NCBI GenBank assembly: GCA_029953675.1
Contig: JAMWBK010000001.1
Span: 1,364,001 to 1,428,000 of the forward strand
Source of the DNA: Rhodosorus marinus CCMP1338
Taxonomy: Eukaryota > Plantae > Rhodophyta
Reading direction: 5' to 3'
Length of the DNA stretch: 64,000 nt
Below are positions 1-12,420 of the stretch, piece by piece. Both the position numbers and the translations under genes were made by a program. The notes beneath the pieces are model-generated. The model ran no database searches. It was not told where the DNA came from and saw nothing but the letters and a program-made list of their open reading frames with translations. How positions within the stretch are numbered: position 1 is the first letter of the stretch; the number at the start of each line of letters is the position of its first letter.

Positions 1-183
1 GACCAGTAATCAATCGTTACAGTTGCAGCTATTCGCAACTTGATGCATGCAAATTTTAGAGGCTGGTTACAAATATTTTTCTGGAGGGGGTTATGTTTGG
101 TTAGTGGCTTGCCACGCCAGCTTACCGCGCTTTGCTCAGACTTTGCACCGCTTTCTGCTGCGGAGCAACCCCTTTTACTCCCC

Positions 184-480
184 GAAATACACCGGAGGCT
201 TTGTCTTCCACAGGCATTCGTGCTTCGGCTCTCGCTCATCGCCTGCTACCTCTGCTCATTGAGCGCTTTGGGCTTGTGGATTCCGTTGGTTTCTCGTTGG
301 CTTCGGGAAGTGTTCCGCAAACACCCTGACCGTCTGTCCTCGTTGTTAACCCGTTAAGTTTCTTGCTGTAGCCTATGAACGCTACTTTGATGTTGGAGGC
401 GCGTGATCTTCGCTGCGCTTCGTCCTTTTTTTCCTCTTCGTTTTTTTTTTTCAGCTCCCATTGAACCAATTCATTCATTC
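184..480 (+). mobile_element. Family B non-LTR retrotransposon, degenerate 3' fragment
   Basis: Matches the B C-terminus (GIRASALAHRL..LIE.FG..DSVGSRWLRE) and the T-rich tail ending in (CATT)n. Contains in-frame stops. Confidence 0.85.
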
Positions 481-489
481 GATGTCTGG

Positions 490-733
490 TACTACTACGC
501 CCTGCGTAGTGTTTAAGGCTACGTTAGTACACTACTACTTTGCTGAGCATCCTACTGAATATTTGGCGCTCTTGAGGCGTTTAAGTGTCTCCCTTTGGCG
601 ATATTCCAGCGACATGCTTTCCGAGGCGCGCCATCGGCGCCTGGGGTTGCATGCTTCCCTCCCTAGTTATTAGTTCATCTTCACGCCTTGCGTAGCGCTT
701 CAGGCTATGCTAGTAAAGTCCAGTACACTACTA
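490..733 (+). mobile_element. Family A 3' fragment (538-721) inserted into an older degenerate family A tail (490-525)
   Basis: Nearly identical to 61381-61561. 12-bp TSD AGTACACTACTA at 526-537 and 722-733. Confidence 0.85.
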
Positions 734-2464
734 ATACGTAGTGTTCTAAGTTCACAGGCAAACTCTGCCAAAGCTAACACGTGTCACATGCTAAATGAGC
801 TTGCGTGGTGACCTTCAGAGCAACTTTGGATAAGGCAGGCTCTTTCCGTTCCTGCGCACCAAAAAAAAGCGGACCACGTCTTGACCCCCCAAAATTACAT
901 CGGTATTAAGACTAGATGAAATTCGTTATTTCTGTCCACTTTCAAGAAATGGGCGGCGGCGAGTTGGACGTGGATTCCACTGCCAACTCCGAGGGGATAA
1001 AATAACTTTGATATAAGGTAATTAAACCAATTATATCTCTTTCGAGCTCGTTCTAACCTATTACCATCTGCTATGGCGCACCGAAGTATTAGATATCATT
1101 AAAGGGCATAAAATAAGTTTAATATAAACTTATTAGACCAAATATATTACTTATCTTTTATCTTCAACCAATTGAAATCTGTTACTCTTAAAATACTGGA
1201 CCGTTTAAAAAGCATTTTGATTGTTTTAAACAAGCTGTGGTTGAAATAATTTTAAGATCAGCTGAAGCTCTGTTACTCGGCTGCCCAGTTTCTGGTGAGG
1301 TGCTAGTGCAAACCCCGCCATCGTGCTAGGCTGGTCACGGAACTATCCTTGAAACTCTGACTCCGTACCAATGCTGCTCCGTTACTGTACCCCCCTTCAT
1401 CAGCATGGTCGTGTTTTTATGCTACTCAGAGCAGTTCGGCTGTGAATGATGAGGTCATAACACCGCCGTGGTACGTTTACACACGCGCGATCCAAATCAC
1501 CGCGTTAGCTCTTTAAATTCCGCTGTTGTGGGCCCTCTATTCGCTGAGGTTTTGCCGCTCTCATGCAGCCGTAGTTTTAAGAGGCCCGCTCTCTTGCATT
1601 TCGTCCTCTCACGCTATGTGGTAGCCATTCGGTGCTCAATTATTTCGCTAGTGCTCGATCGGGATATAAAGCGTCAGAAGCACACGATGGACCTGACAAA
1701 ACAACCAAAAATCCACTCCGCGTTGAAAAAAAACCAGAAATGAATGCGTTGCATCACGTTCGACCCGTCGCGACATTCGCAACAACGGCTGTCTCTCCTC
1801 CCCTCTCCCCCTTTTGCAAATTTGTGATTACTATGGTAAAACGTAACCATTTTACCAAAACGGAGAAGGCGGTAATCTTCGCAACTTTGGCCAACCTCCC
1901 TGGCTCAACCAGTACTACTCCCTGCTAACTTCCGAAATCTGGGACCCCCCAGGGAAGTTGTTTTGGTGGGCTTCACGACGGCCAAGGCTGGGATTTGTTT
2001 TTTTTCCTTTTTCCATGCCCACCATTTGAGTCTGGGACTCTACGAAATTCGTGATGGATTTTGTTTTGAGCGCCAGGGAGTGCTGTGGAAAAATCAAACA
2101 ATTTCGAAGGAGAGAGAAGTCAAACCACAACAAAAAAAAAAAAAAAAAACCTTCCGCGTTGTAAAGCCACGGTGTATTAAACTCCCAAACTACCCCACCT
2201 TTTCACCTCAACCCCACCCCACACCTACCTTTTCTAATAAATGAAGAAAAAGGTTTTCCTCAACCCTTAATTACGTATTGAAACACGAGCCGCCCTTGGG
2301 CTCACTGTAAAATATTCAAATTTGGTGCATTTTTTCTCTTGCTCATGGATGAATGCAGTTTTTGTAAAATAAAAACCAATAAATCCAAATCCCGCTGAAT
2401 TATTAGAGTAGTTTTAAATTTTGCAAATGTCCTTTGTCCGAAATATTTACCGTCATAGCGGGTT

Positions 2465-2680
2465 GTGTCTTATTACGACGTATGATCGTGGGAACATCGG
2501 CTATACAACACCCCGTTGGCCCAGTCAAGGTTGCTTCAAAACCTGGTTATGCCTTGTCTTGTAGTCGTTTTCTGTGTTTTCTACAACGACGGATGATCGC
2601 GGGAACATAGGCTATCCACCTTGCTGGCCCAGTCAAGATTGCTTAAAAAACCTGGTTGTTCATCATCAGTTTATCAGAGT
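2465..2680. repeat. Imperfect ~110-bp tandem duplication, each unit carrying a GGAACAT(C/A)GGC motif
   Basis: atgatcg.gggaacat.ggctat...tggcccagtcaag.ttgctt.aaaacctggtt occurs twice. Confidence 0.8.
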
Positions 2681-3597
2681 GTTTTATCTTCTTTTTTTCT
2701 TCACCCAAGCTAGCTTTTGCCGTTCCAAACACGTCTTTAATGGAGAACTTGTCTTTCAGACACTGGCCGTTCCAGGCCCAGTTCTTTCTTGACTTCAGAG
2801 GTCTCGGGTAGTAATTGACAACCCTGAGGAGGCGACGGACACCGGGAGACGATACGTACGGCGGTATTCTCGAGGGTGCTGGAATGAACATGTGTATTGT
2901 TTTATATTCCTTTTTTCTTCACCCAAACTAACTCTTGGAGAAGAAGAATTCCCGATTGGCCGAGGACACTAGACTGGCTACCAGCACGATTCACCGGGGA
3001 AGTGTCTTTTCTTTCTGGAGGTTGAGATCTGTCTGTCGAACGTCGTGATAGAAGACAGCCACCGCAAGAGATAAATTTTTATTTAATTCATTATAGACAC
3101 TCTCTAGTACAATCGCATAATTTTTAACCATTGTGGAACGAACAAAAAAGGTTGAAAATTTCGATTGGGACCATATGGGAACATTGGCCAATACGCTTGT
3201 CCCCGGCCAATGGTTGTGGATTTTCCCTGACCTAGTCATGGCCGTATCTTATATAAAGATTAGATTACCTGGATTCGGCAAGAAGACACGTCCTTGTTGG
3301 CTAAATGCTCCATATGGATGTCTTTCGCTTCGTCGCCTCGGCTAGTCCCTCTTCCTTTCTCTTTTTTTTGAACTCGGGTGCGCTGGTAAGATCGTCTTAA
3401 CCATTCGTTCGGTAAGATCGTCTTCGGCAATGAAAAAACTACAACAATAAACATTAATATATATTTGTTTTTCTACAAGACGGAATATTGGGGAAGAGGC
3501 CAGGGGGGGGAGGGGTTAAGGTGGCATCTTTGGAGGGGATAATTCACGAAGGGGGAGGCAGAATGTTTTTTGTGTTCAGAAAATTTTTGAATTTGCT

Positions 3598-3941
3598 CAT
3601 CAACAACGTTTGATAATGCATCAAAATGTTTTCGAGATATTTTTAATTTTCCGTGGGTTGCGTGTGTCTAGTTTTGTTGCAATTGGCTGATGCTGGGTGA
3701 AAGCCTCTACAGTTCCCTCTTTTTTCCTGGCCAGATGGTGGAATAGTAGTTATTTTTATACACAGAGACATCAACAACGTTTGATAATGCATCAAAATGT
3801 TTTCGAGATATTTTTAATTTTCCGTGGGTTGCGTGTGTCTAGTTTTGTTGCAATTGGCTGATGCTGGGTGAAAGCCTCTACAGTTCCCTCTTTTTTCCTG
3901 GCCAGATGGTGGAATAGTAGTTATTTTTATACACAGAGACA
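3598..3941. repeat. Near-perfect 171-bp tandem duplication
   Basis: catcaacaacgtttgataatg... starts at 3598 and again at 3769. Confidence 0.95.
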
Positions 3942-4129
3942 TAAAAAACCGGGGGTGGGTGGTAGAGGGGGTGCCGCTCCTCCTTCCATTATTTTCATCC
4001 ACTTTAATCTACTCTATTGCTGAGGACAAAAAACAACAACAAAAACACTTCAGTGTAAGTAACAAAATCTCACATTTCCACTGGCAATCTATGAGTAAAG
4101 ACGAGTAAACGTGAAAAGATACTCACCTT

Positions 4130-4199
4130 GGAACATCGGCCAACCTCTATGGCCCCGGCTCAGCCCCTTCCGGGGGCCGGGAAGGTTCGCCGATGTTCC
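4130..4199. promoter_or_regulatory. Inverted repeat/hairpin upstream of the first GSDH gene
   Basis: GGAACATCGGC (4130-4140) and GCCGATGTTCC (4189-4199), with inner arms aacct/aggtt and ggcccc/ggggcc. Function is inferred. Confidence 0.6.
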
Positions 4200-5037
4200 G
4201 ATCGCGGTGTTTGTTATTTTAAAAATGAATCGATCGGAGTGGGATTTTGAGCGATGCTAAAGAGCTCGTTTGCTGGTTTGGGTGACGCTAGTAATGTCGC
4301 TTTAGGCTATGCTAGTAAAGCCATGTTGACAAAGCAGGTGTTTAGTACCTATTTCTAATGTCTCTTGTTGCTTTATCAACAAGTAATACGCCAGAACTAT
4401 GGCAACTCTGCTTTGGGAGGGGGGAGGGACTCGTTTACCACCTTCGGTAACTGTCGATGGGTTAATTTCCAGGATGCACCGAGGATATTCGACGCCCCTC
4501 TTCAACAAAGTCGCAGGTAACATACTTCCCTATATGGGCAACCACAGAAGATGAGTGTGTGGTTTTTTAAATTTTTTTTTTTCGAGTTTCGGTCGAGTAC
4601 GTTTCTGTAGCACCTCGTCGAAGTGAAGAAGGGGAAAAAACCAACAAAGTCCGAGCATGTAAATGTCAGGTTTGCACTTACTCACAAGTTTAATGTTTGC
4701 AACCGGACTGTGCCGCCAATGGTAGACAAAACAAGTAGGAAAAAAAAAAAGTTAAGAACCTGACCTTAAATCGGTCGCGGAGGGGGCTGGGAAACCCATG
4801 TCACGAATGCACCGGCTTTAGAAGAATGAGAACGGATTTTGAAGAGCATTCTCAAGATGGCTTATAAAGAGTTGTATCTTTGATTTCTACGACGGTGAGG
4901 GAGGGAGGGAGGGAAGAATGGGATTGCCCTATCGGACGAGTGGATGTTTTGAGGATTTTAGGAGGAGTTTCCAAGAGGGCCGTGAGACCACGGTAGGATA
5001 GAACTATGAGGATTTGAGTGCCGGGAGTCCGGGAAAC

Positions 5038-8000
5038 ATGGGGTGTAGGGTGTTGGTTGTGCTGGTGGTCGCTGCGGTGGCGCTGCAATATGCGGCGGTT
5101 GGAGGAGCGCTGACGCAAGTCGATTTTGAGGATGTTCCTGTCGCAGAGGGTATTCCTGGTCTACCTACTGACTTTGCGTTCATGCCTCCAGGTCAGACGG
5201 AGCGGATTCTGGTCACCGACTTTAGAGGCATGGTCCAAGTTGTTGTGAAGGGAGCGGTCCAGGAGAAATTGTTTCTGGACGAGAGGGTGTCCCAGGAGGA
5301 GCGGGACAATTTCATAGGCTACGGGAATTTTGGGGATAGAGGCATCGCACCAGAGTATCGGGCTGTCGCGGTAGATGCTGACTTTGAAAATTTTCCATAC
5401 GTGTACTTTGCGTACATCTACTATCCCGCAACTGTGGAAGGACCAGTACAAATTCCCATGCAAGGGTTTGTGAAGCGATATAGGGTGAGCCCTGACCTCT
5501 CAGAGGTCGATCGCAGCACGGGGAAGATCATTTTTGGAAACTACGTTAACGGAAACTGTTTGGAGGTTGACGTGAAGGAGGACAACTACTGTGTAACTCG
5601 TCCGCCACATAACATGTCCGGGTTGCTGTCAGACCCGAACGGCAGGCTTTGGATAACCACAGGGGACTCTGCGTTTGTGTACGACTCTGAACGACCCTTG
5701 GCAATGAGGTCTCAGGATCTTGACTCGCTGTACGGAAAAGTGCTGAGGGTAAATCGAAATGGATTAGGTCTGAAATCTAACCCGTATTACAACGGCGACT
5801 ACCGGGCCAACCGATCAAAGGTGATGGCTTTGGGGCTGCGAAACCCATGGAATATTCACTGGGACGACGCGCTCGGAACCGCGTGGGTGTCTGATGTTGG
5901 GGAAGCATCGCTTGAGGAATTTAATCTGGTCCGGCCGCGGTCGAACTTTGAGTGGCCGTGCTTTGAGTCGGAGCTCGATCGCTTTCAGTTTGGCATCTTC
6001 CCCGAATGTGCGGACATGCTCAATGACGTGCCACCATCGTCCGGCGCCGTGTATACGGGGACGAGAGCCGGTCCGGCGTTCAGCTACTCGCACCGGGAGG
6101 GTAGTGCAAATACTGGTGTGGCTCCCGTGAACATTGAGGGATGGCCGGAAACTTTCAACCACGGCGTATATTTCTGCGATTACACTGGAAACTGGATACG
6201 GTACGTCAAAGTAGACGAACCTGGTGACGTGGTGTCGGAGGCTTTAGACTTTGCCACCGAGGTCCTCGGGCCTGTCAACATTAAAACAGGTAGCGACGGA
6301 TGTCTGTACTACCTGGCGCTAACTGCGAGCCAGTTAGGCAAGATCTGCTACAGGGAGGATAATTCACCGGCCGAGGTGGTTGGGATCGTACCCCCGAATG
6401 GGTTCGAGGGGGTGGCGCGGTCGGTCGTGGTTGAGGTGGCCGTAAGCAAGAAGGTGACGGCGGAGACGGCAGTAGCGGCTATAACTGTGGTGGAAACTGT
6501 ATCCGGGGAAGCTGTTGCCGGGTTTGTGGAGCACGATGGGACCAGGAACATTCTTACCTTCGTTCCAAACGACCTACTGAAGGAGGACACGATGTACACG
6601 GTGACGGTTTACGGGTTGATCGACCTGAAAGGTATCTTAATGAAGGGCGAGGAGACGAGTACATTCGTGACGGGTAGTGGTTTCGTGCAATATCTTTCCG
6701 ACCTTCCCCTGACCGTGGATCCAAAGCCGAGTCGAGTTGTGCGTGACATGGCGGAGGACGGCCGGACTCCCATCACAATCCGCGGGAAACGGTTCAGGAA
6801 AGGCTTGAGCTTCAGCCCTGTGGTACTGATAGATGTACAAGTCCCCGATGGATGTACGTCGATCGAAGGCTTCTACGGGATTGACGACATCTCTCGTAGG
6901 ATTGCGAGCGGTGCTGTTATATTTACGATTGCTGTCGACGGCACCTTTATCTACGACTCAACGGTGGATGGTCTCGGCATACCCAGTAGAAAGGTAGACC
7001 CCGAGTTTTACTTCAGGTTGCCGGTGGAGAGTGGAAGCACGGTGACTTTAAGAGGCGACTTTGGCGACCTCGATGACATAGAAGCGATTGAGAATCGTGG
7101 AGTGTGGGCTGATGCTGCCTTCCGCTGCGGGAACTTGGATTCCAGCGCCCCACAGGTCGAGTCGTTTGAGCCTGGTAACGGCGAAACCACATCGACCAAC
7201 CCCTTGATTCAGATCACATTCGACGAGGTCATGAACTATAACACGATCATTCAGGCGGTGAGCATCGAGTCGGTGGATGGGCGTCGTATCCCGTGGCTCC
7301 CGGTGGAGAGTACCAACCCCCAAGTTTTCCTGCTCGCCGTGGAGGACCTAGAGTTCGACGAGACGTACATAGTGAGTATATCCAATGAGGCCACAGACGT
7401 TTCTGGAAACCGATTGGAGGAAGACATGCAGTGGTCATTTACCACGGAGGCGCCGCCAGCAAGTGGAGAGAAGGTCCAACTCGTGGAAGATCTGATACCT
7501 AAGAGCTTAACGGGCGGTGTATCTTTCGATGGATTCCCGAGGAGTTTAATCCCAGGGGTGCAAGTGCACCAGAATGGCCTTGGCATGCAGGCAAACGCCA
7601 AGGTCAGCTACGACCTGAGTGGCCTCTCTTGTACACGGCTGAAGGGGCTCGCGGGTAAAGACGCAGCTGCAGGAGGGGATTCTGGTGCTTGCCGGCTGCG
7701 AATTTTCAGCGGGGTGAGTGAGGAAACATCCCAGAGGCGTTTGAATCGGTACCCCCGCGCAGCTCAGCCGTCCCGGGGGCTAAGTGTTGGTGTGGAGGGG
7801 GATAAATATCTCGAGATTAGACTTTCCGCCGGGGGGGATGGCGGCGTCGCTAGGGATTTTTGCGACATCGTCCGACCTAGAGTGGAATGTGATGGTGTTG
7901 ATATCTACCTGACGTCACTCACGCCGTTGTCTGAGCGAGGGGTAGTTGAAAGGAACAAGAGCGCGTTGGGCTTGCCGCTGCAAATGTTCAGATCCTCAAT

Positions 8001-8838
8001 GACCTTCGAAACTGGGGTTGTTATCCCAGCCGGGGCGGAAGCGACGTATGAAATACCTGGCCGGTGCTCGACCGTGAGCTTCACAGTGGGAGCGGGCAAC
8101 GGAGCGGACTTTGGAGACACCGAGCTGGTGACAACTGTAGACGGAGAGGCGGTTTGCACGGATCAGAACTTTTTCCATCGCGACGGGGCGAGGACGTTCT
8201 CGTGCAGCGTGGAGGGAGGGAAGGAGTTGAGACTTCAGGCCGTCCGAGGGTCCACATCGGGCGCGATCGTCGTGGGCGAGGCACAACTGGATTGTGCCGT
8301 TGGAAGTCGGAAACCTGTGTGCGAGATATCGTCGCTCCCTGTCAGCTTCCGGGTCGGAGACACGATCGAGTACACAGGGAAAGCCTACCGCTTCAACGGA
8401 GAGGAACTGCTTGCGAGCGCTATTAGCTGGGATATCACGCTTGTCCACTGTGAGCCGGAATGTCACGACCATCCAGATACCAGAGTGGAGGGCAGGGAGA
8501 GCGGGAGCTACGACGTTCCCGATCATGGCGACTACTTCTTTATCAAGATTGACTGCATAGTGACGGACATGGGTGAGGTCTCTAAGACGTCGACAAGTGT
8601 GCTTCCGGAGACAGTTTCGGTTACGGTGGAATCAATACCAACAGGGAAGGTCGCCACCGTCGATGGCACAAACGGCGAGACACCGCTCTCGAAAACACTG
8701 GTCGTGGGCTCAACGATCACCGTGGACGCCAGTCCCATCGCTTTCGGCATTTGGTCACACGATAACACCCTCGCCCCAACTTTTAACTACTTTCTTGAGG
8801 ACGACACACCCGCCGTCTTCACCGCCAACTACAACTGA
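5038..8838 (+). CDS. Secreted multidomain PQQ-type glucose/sorbosone dehydrogenase-like protein (GSDH propeller + Ig-like Big_5 + NPCBM-like + Big_5 + NPCBM-like + His/Cys C-terminal module), copy 1
   Basis: Open 3.8-kb ORF; first ATG at 5038 precedes a hydrophobic signal peptide. GSDH motifs HNMSGL..DPNGRLWITTGD, GKVLRV, NPY, GLRNPW, DVG..EEFN, NFEWP. NPCBM-like GKRFRKGLS...EGFYGIDD...VIFTIAVDG. Confidence 0.88.
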   Translation: MGCRVLVVLVVAAVALQYAAVGGALTQVDFEDVPVAEGIPGLPTDFAFMPPGQTERILVTDFRGMVQVVVKGAVQEKLFLDERVSQEERDNFIGYGNFGDRGIAPEYRAVAVDADFENFPYVYFAYIYYPATVEGPVQIPMQGFVKRYRVSPDLSEVDRSTGKIIFGNYVNGNCLEVDVKEDNYCVTRPPHNMSGLLSDPNGRLWITTGDSAFVYDSERPLAMRSQDLDSLYGKVLRVNRNGLGLKSNPYYNGDYRANRSKVMALGLRNPWNIHWDDALGTAWVSDVGEASLEEFNLVRPRSNFEWPCFESELDRFQFGIFPECADMLNDVPPSSGAVYTGTRAGPAFSYSHREGSANTGVAPVNIEGWPETFNHGVYFCDYTGNWIRYVKVDEPGDVVSEALDFATEVLGPVNIKTGSDGCLYYLALTASQLGKICYREDNSPAEVVGIVPPNGFEGVARSVVVEVAVSKKVTAETAVAAITVVETVSGEAVAGFVEHDGTRNILTFVPNDLLKEDTMYTVTVYGLIDLKGILMKGEETSTFVTGSGFVQYLSDLPLTVDPKPSRVVRDMAEDGRTPITIRGKRFRKGLSFSPVVLIDVQVPDGCTSIEGFYGIDDISRRIASGAVIFTIAVDGTFIYDSTVDGLGIPSRKVDPEFYFRLPVESGSTVTLRGDFGDLDDIEAIENRGVWADAAFRCGNLDSSAPQVESFEPGNGETTSTNPLIQITFDEVMNYNTIIQAVSIESVDGRRIPWLPVESTNPQVFLLAVEDLEFDETYIVSISNEATDVSGNRLEEDMQWSFTTEAPPASGEKVQLVEDLIPKSLTGGVSFDGFPRSLIPGVQVHQNGLGMQANAKVSYDLSGLSCTRLKGLAGKDAAAGGDSGACRLRIFSGVSEETSQRRLNRYPRAAQPSRGLSVGVEGDKYLEIRLSAGGDGGVARDFCDIVRPRVECDGVDIYLTSLTPLSERGVVERNKSALGLPLQMFRSSMTFETGVVIPAGAEATYEIPGRCSTVSFTVGAGNGADFGDTELVTTVDGEAVCTDQNFFHRDGARTFSCSVEGGKELRLQAVRGSTSGAIVVGEAQLDCAVGSRKPVCEISSLPVSFRVGDTIEYTGKAYRFNGEELLASAISWDITLVHCEPECHDHPDTRVEGRESGSYDVPDHGDYFFIKIDCIVTDMGEVSKTSTSVLPETVSVTVESIPTGKVATVDGTNGETPLSKTLVVGSTITVDASPIAFGIWSHDNTLAPTFNYFLEDDTPAVFTANYN

Positions 8839-9092
8839 GGGCGCGAGGTCCCAATTCATTCAAGAACTTAATTGGATGAATTGTTGCCATTAAGGCTTGT
8901 GGTTGGATCACTCTTTCGTATTTATATTGATTAATGTGCATAATTCCAATTTACTGGTAAACTATTTGTAGATAGTTGCCCTATGGATGATATGATTGGT
9001 TATCCAAACTGTATTTGGTTTTAGATTTTACAAACAATAAACAATTGACTGCGTGTGTTGGAATGAATGAATTTTTAGGGTTGTCTCTAAAA

Positions 9093-12000
9093 GATCAAAG
9101 GTGATGGCTTTAGGGTTGCGAAACCCATGGAATGTTCACTGGGGCGACGCGCTTGGAACAGCGTGGGTGTCCGATTTTGGGGAACTATCGCTTGAGGAAT
9201 TCAATCTGGTCCGGCCGCGGGCAAATTTTGAGTGGCCGTGCTTTGAGTCGGAGCTCGCTTTCAGTTTGGCATCTTCCCCGAATGTGCGGACATGCTCAGT
9301 GACGTCCCACCATCGTCCGGCGCCGTGTATCCGGGGACGAGAGCCGGTCCAGCGTTCAGCTACTCCCACCGGGAGGGTAGTGCAATTGCTGGTGTGGTTC
9401 CAGTGAACATTGAGGGATGGCCAGAAACTTTCAACCACGGCGTAGTTTTCTGCGACTACACTGGAAACTGGATACGGTACGTCAAAGTAGACAACCACGG
9501 CGTCTATGTCTGCGACTACATCGGAAATTGGATACGGTACGTCAAAGTAGACGAAATTGGTAACGTGGTGTCGGAGGCTCTCGATTTTGCTGCCGAGGGT
9601 CTCGGGCAGGTCAACACTAGAACGGGGGGTGACTAAAGTCTATATTACCCGGCATTCACTGCGAGCCGGCTAGGCATGATCTGTTATAGGGAGGATAAAT
9701 CACGGCCCGAGGTGGTTGGGATCGTACCGCCGAATGGGTCCGCGCTGTGGCGCGCTCTTCCGTGGTTGAGGTGGCGGTAAGCAAGAAGGTGACGGCGGAG
9801 TCGGCATTAGCGGCTACAACCGAAGTGGAGACTGTATCGGGGAAAGCTATTTCTGGGTTTGTGGAGCAGGACGAGACCAGGAACATTCTAACCTTCGTAC
9901 CTCGCGATCTACTGAAGGAGGGCACGATGTACACGGTGAAGGCTTCCGGGTTGATCGACCTGAGAGGTATCTCACTGGCTGGCGACGCTACGAGTATGTT
10001 CGTGACGGGCAGTGGCTTTGTGCGATGTATTTCCGACCTTCCCTTGACCGTGGATCCCACGCCGAGTCAGATTATGCTGAAAATGGCGGAGGATTCCGGG
10101 ACTCCCATCACGATCCGCGGGAAGCGGTTCAGGAAAGGTTTGAGCTTCGGCACTGTGGCGCTGATGGATGTACAAATCCTCAACGGACGTACATCAATTG
10201 AAGGTTAATACGGGATTGACGACATCTCCCGTAGGAGTAGCAACGGTTCTGTTATATTCACGATTGCTGTGGACGGGAGCTTTGTCTACGACCCAACGGT
10301 GGGTGGTCTCGGAATAACCAGCAGGAAGGTCAACCCCGAGTTTTACTTCAGGTTGGCTGTGGAACGTGGAAGTGCTGTCACTATGAGAGGGGACTTTGGA
10401 GACATTAGCCACAAGGAATCCATAGAAAATCGTGGAGTGTGGGCCGACGCTGCCTTCCGCCGTGGAACCTTGGATTCCAGCGCACCAAGGGTTGAATCGC
10501 TCGAGAGACGACAAAAAAACATCGATCGATCCTGTAATTTCATCAAGTTCGACGAGGTCATGAACTACAAAACGATCATTCAGGCGGTGAGCAACGAGTC
10601 CGAGGATGGTCGACGTTTCCCATTGCTTCCGGTGGAGAGTACCGACCCCCAAGCATTCCTGTTCGTTGTGGAGAACCTAGAGTTCGACGAGTCGTGCACT
10701 GTGAATATATCCACAGAGGCCACAGACGTCTCTGGAAACCGTTTGGATCAGGATTTCCAGTGGTCGTTGACGACAGAGTCACTACCAGCGAGCGGCGAGA
10801 TTCTCCAACTTCTGGTAGACCTGATACCCAGAGGTTCCAGTGGTGGTGCCTCGTTCAACGAATTTCCAAGGAAATTGTGGCCAGGAGTAAAAGTAGCAAA
10901 GAACGGTCTTGGAATGCGGGCAGATGCTATGGGCATCTACGAACTGAGTGGTCGAGACTATAGCCGCTTCAAGGGGCGCACGGGCATGGATGCGACGGCC
11001 GGGGGCGATTCCGGTAATTGTCGTCTCCAAATTTTCAGCGGTTCCAGTGCGGAAACGTCCACGAAGCACGTGGACAGGAAGTTTGGTGGAGCTAAGCGGT
11101 CCCAGGGGTTGCTATTTGGCATAGAAACGGGTGGGTATCTCGAAATACAGGTTTCTGGAAGTGGCGATGGCGGTAGGGAGCTCTTGGACATCGCTCAACC
11201 TAGGGTGGAGTGAAATGGTGTGGATGTATACTTGACAAATCTCACGCCGTTGGCTGAACAGGGACAGGTTGAGCGAAGTAGAAGTGCTGCGCAACTTCCA
11301 AAGCAGCTGATCTATACCTCAATGACCTTTGGAGGAGGGCATTCTGCTCCCCGCCGGATCGGAAATGACATACGAAATTCCTGGCAGGTGCTCGACGGTC
11401 AGCTTCACTGTAGGATCGGGCAACGGAACAGATTTTGGGGACACCCAGTTGCTGACACGGTGGACGGGGAGGCAGTTTGTACGGAGCAGAACTTTGTACA
11501 TCGCGACGGTGTGAGGTCTTTTTCGTGCAAAATCGAAGGAGGGGAGGAGCTCAAGCTGGAGGCTGTCAGAGGAGAGACTGGCGGTGCCATTGTCGTGTGG
11601 GCGGCGAACTGGAATGTGCAGTGGGAACTCGAAAACCGGTCTGTGAGATAATCTCGCTCCCCACCATCTTTCGAGTCGGCGACATGTCGAATACAGAGGA
11701 CAAGGCTACCGCTTCAACGGTGAATAGTTTCCTGCGAGTGCTCTTAGTTGGGAACTTACGCTTGTGCACTGTGAGCCGGATTGTCACAACAATCCGCAAG
11801 GCATTGTAGTTGGGAGGAAGAGAGGGACCTACGACGAGCCAAACCAGGGCGATTACTTTCCTTTCAAAATCGACTGCAAGTGAAAGATGGAAGTGAGGTT
11901 TCTAAGCATCGAATTGTGTGTATCCTGATACGGCATAGTGGAATCCATGTCGGTCACGGCATCGCCACCGTCAATGGCAAGAACGGCGAGACCCCGCTCT

Positions 12001-12315
12001 CGAAGACGGTAGTTGTGGGCGCCGTCTTCACCGCGGACCTCGATCCTGTAGCATTCGGAATCTGGTCACATGACAATACTCGCAAATCAACATTTGAGAA
12101 CGCTCTCGAGAATGAAACCCCCATCGTCTTCATCGCAAACTGTAGCTCCGGCAGGGAAGAGAAAGCGGGTTATACCTTCTATTCTTCGATTGGATGTAAT
12201 ATACGCCTATCTTGTAGCATTCGGGATCTGGTCACATGGTAATACTCTCAATTCAAACATTGAGTACTCTCTCGAGAATGAAACCCCCCAGGGTCTTCAT
12301 TTCAAACTATAACTG
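9093..12315 (+). pseudogene. 5'-truncated, frameshifted GSDH-array paralog
   Basis: Collinear with copies 1 and 2 from the RSKVMALGLRNPW motif to the C-terminus. Many frameshifts and stops, a 60-bp internal duplication (~9434-9553) and a duplicated 3' end. Confidence 0.92.
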
Positions 12316-12420
12316 AGGCGGCGAAGAGAAAGGGGGTCATACCTTCTATTTACTTCTACTCTGTGCTTGCGTGCTTGTAATATAGCCAAGTCAGTAGCTA
12401 AGAGTATTTATTAGTTGACT

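Noticed and set aside
1830-1928. MVKRNHFTKTEKAVIFATL resembling a Tc1/mariner HTH start
   Set aside because: Too short; no DDE domain or TIRs found.
2465-4199. CRISPR-like reading of the repeated GGAACATCGGC motif
   Set aside because: Spacing is irregular, the repeat is too short, there are no cas genes, and the context is eukaryotic.
5014-5037. ORF-track starts at 5014, 16245, 23297, 43840, 37594, 31982 and 56610
   Set aside because: They use TTG/GTG or lie upstream of the ATG that directly precedes the signal peptide or homologous start. Downstream ATGs were used instead.
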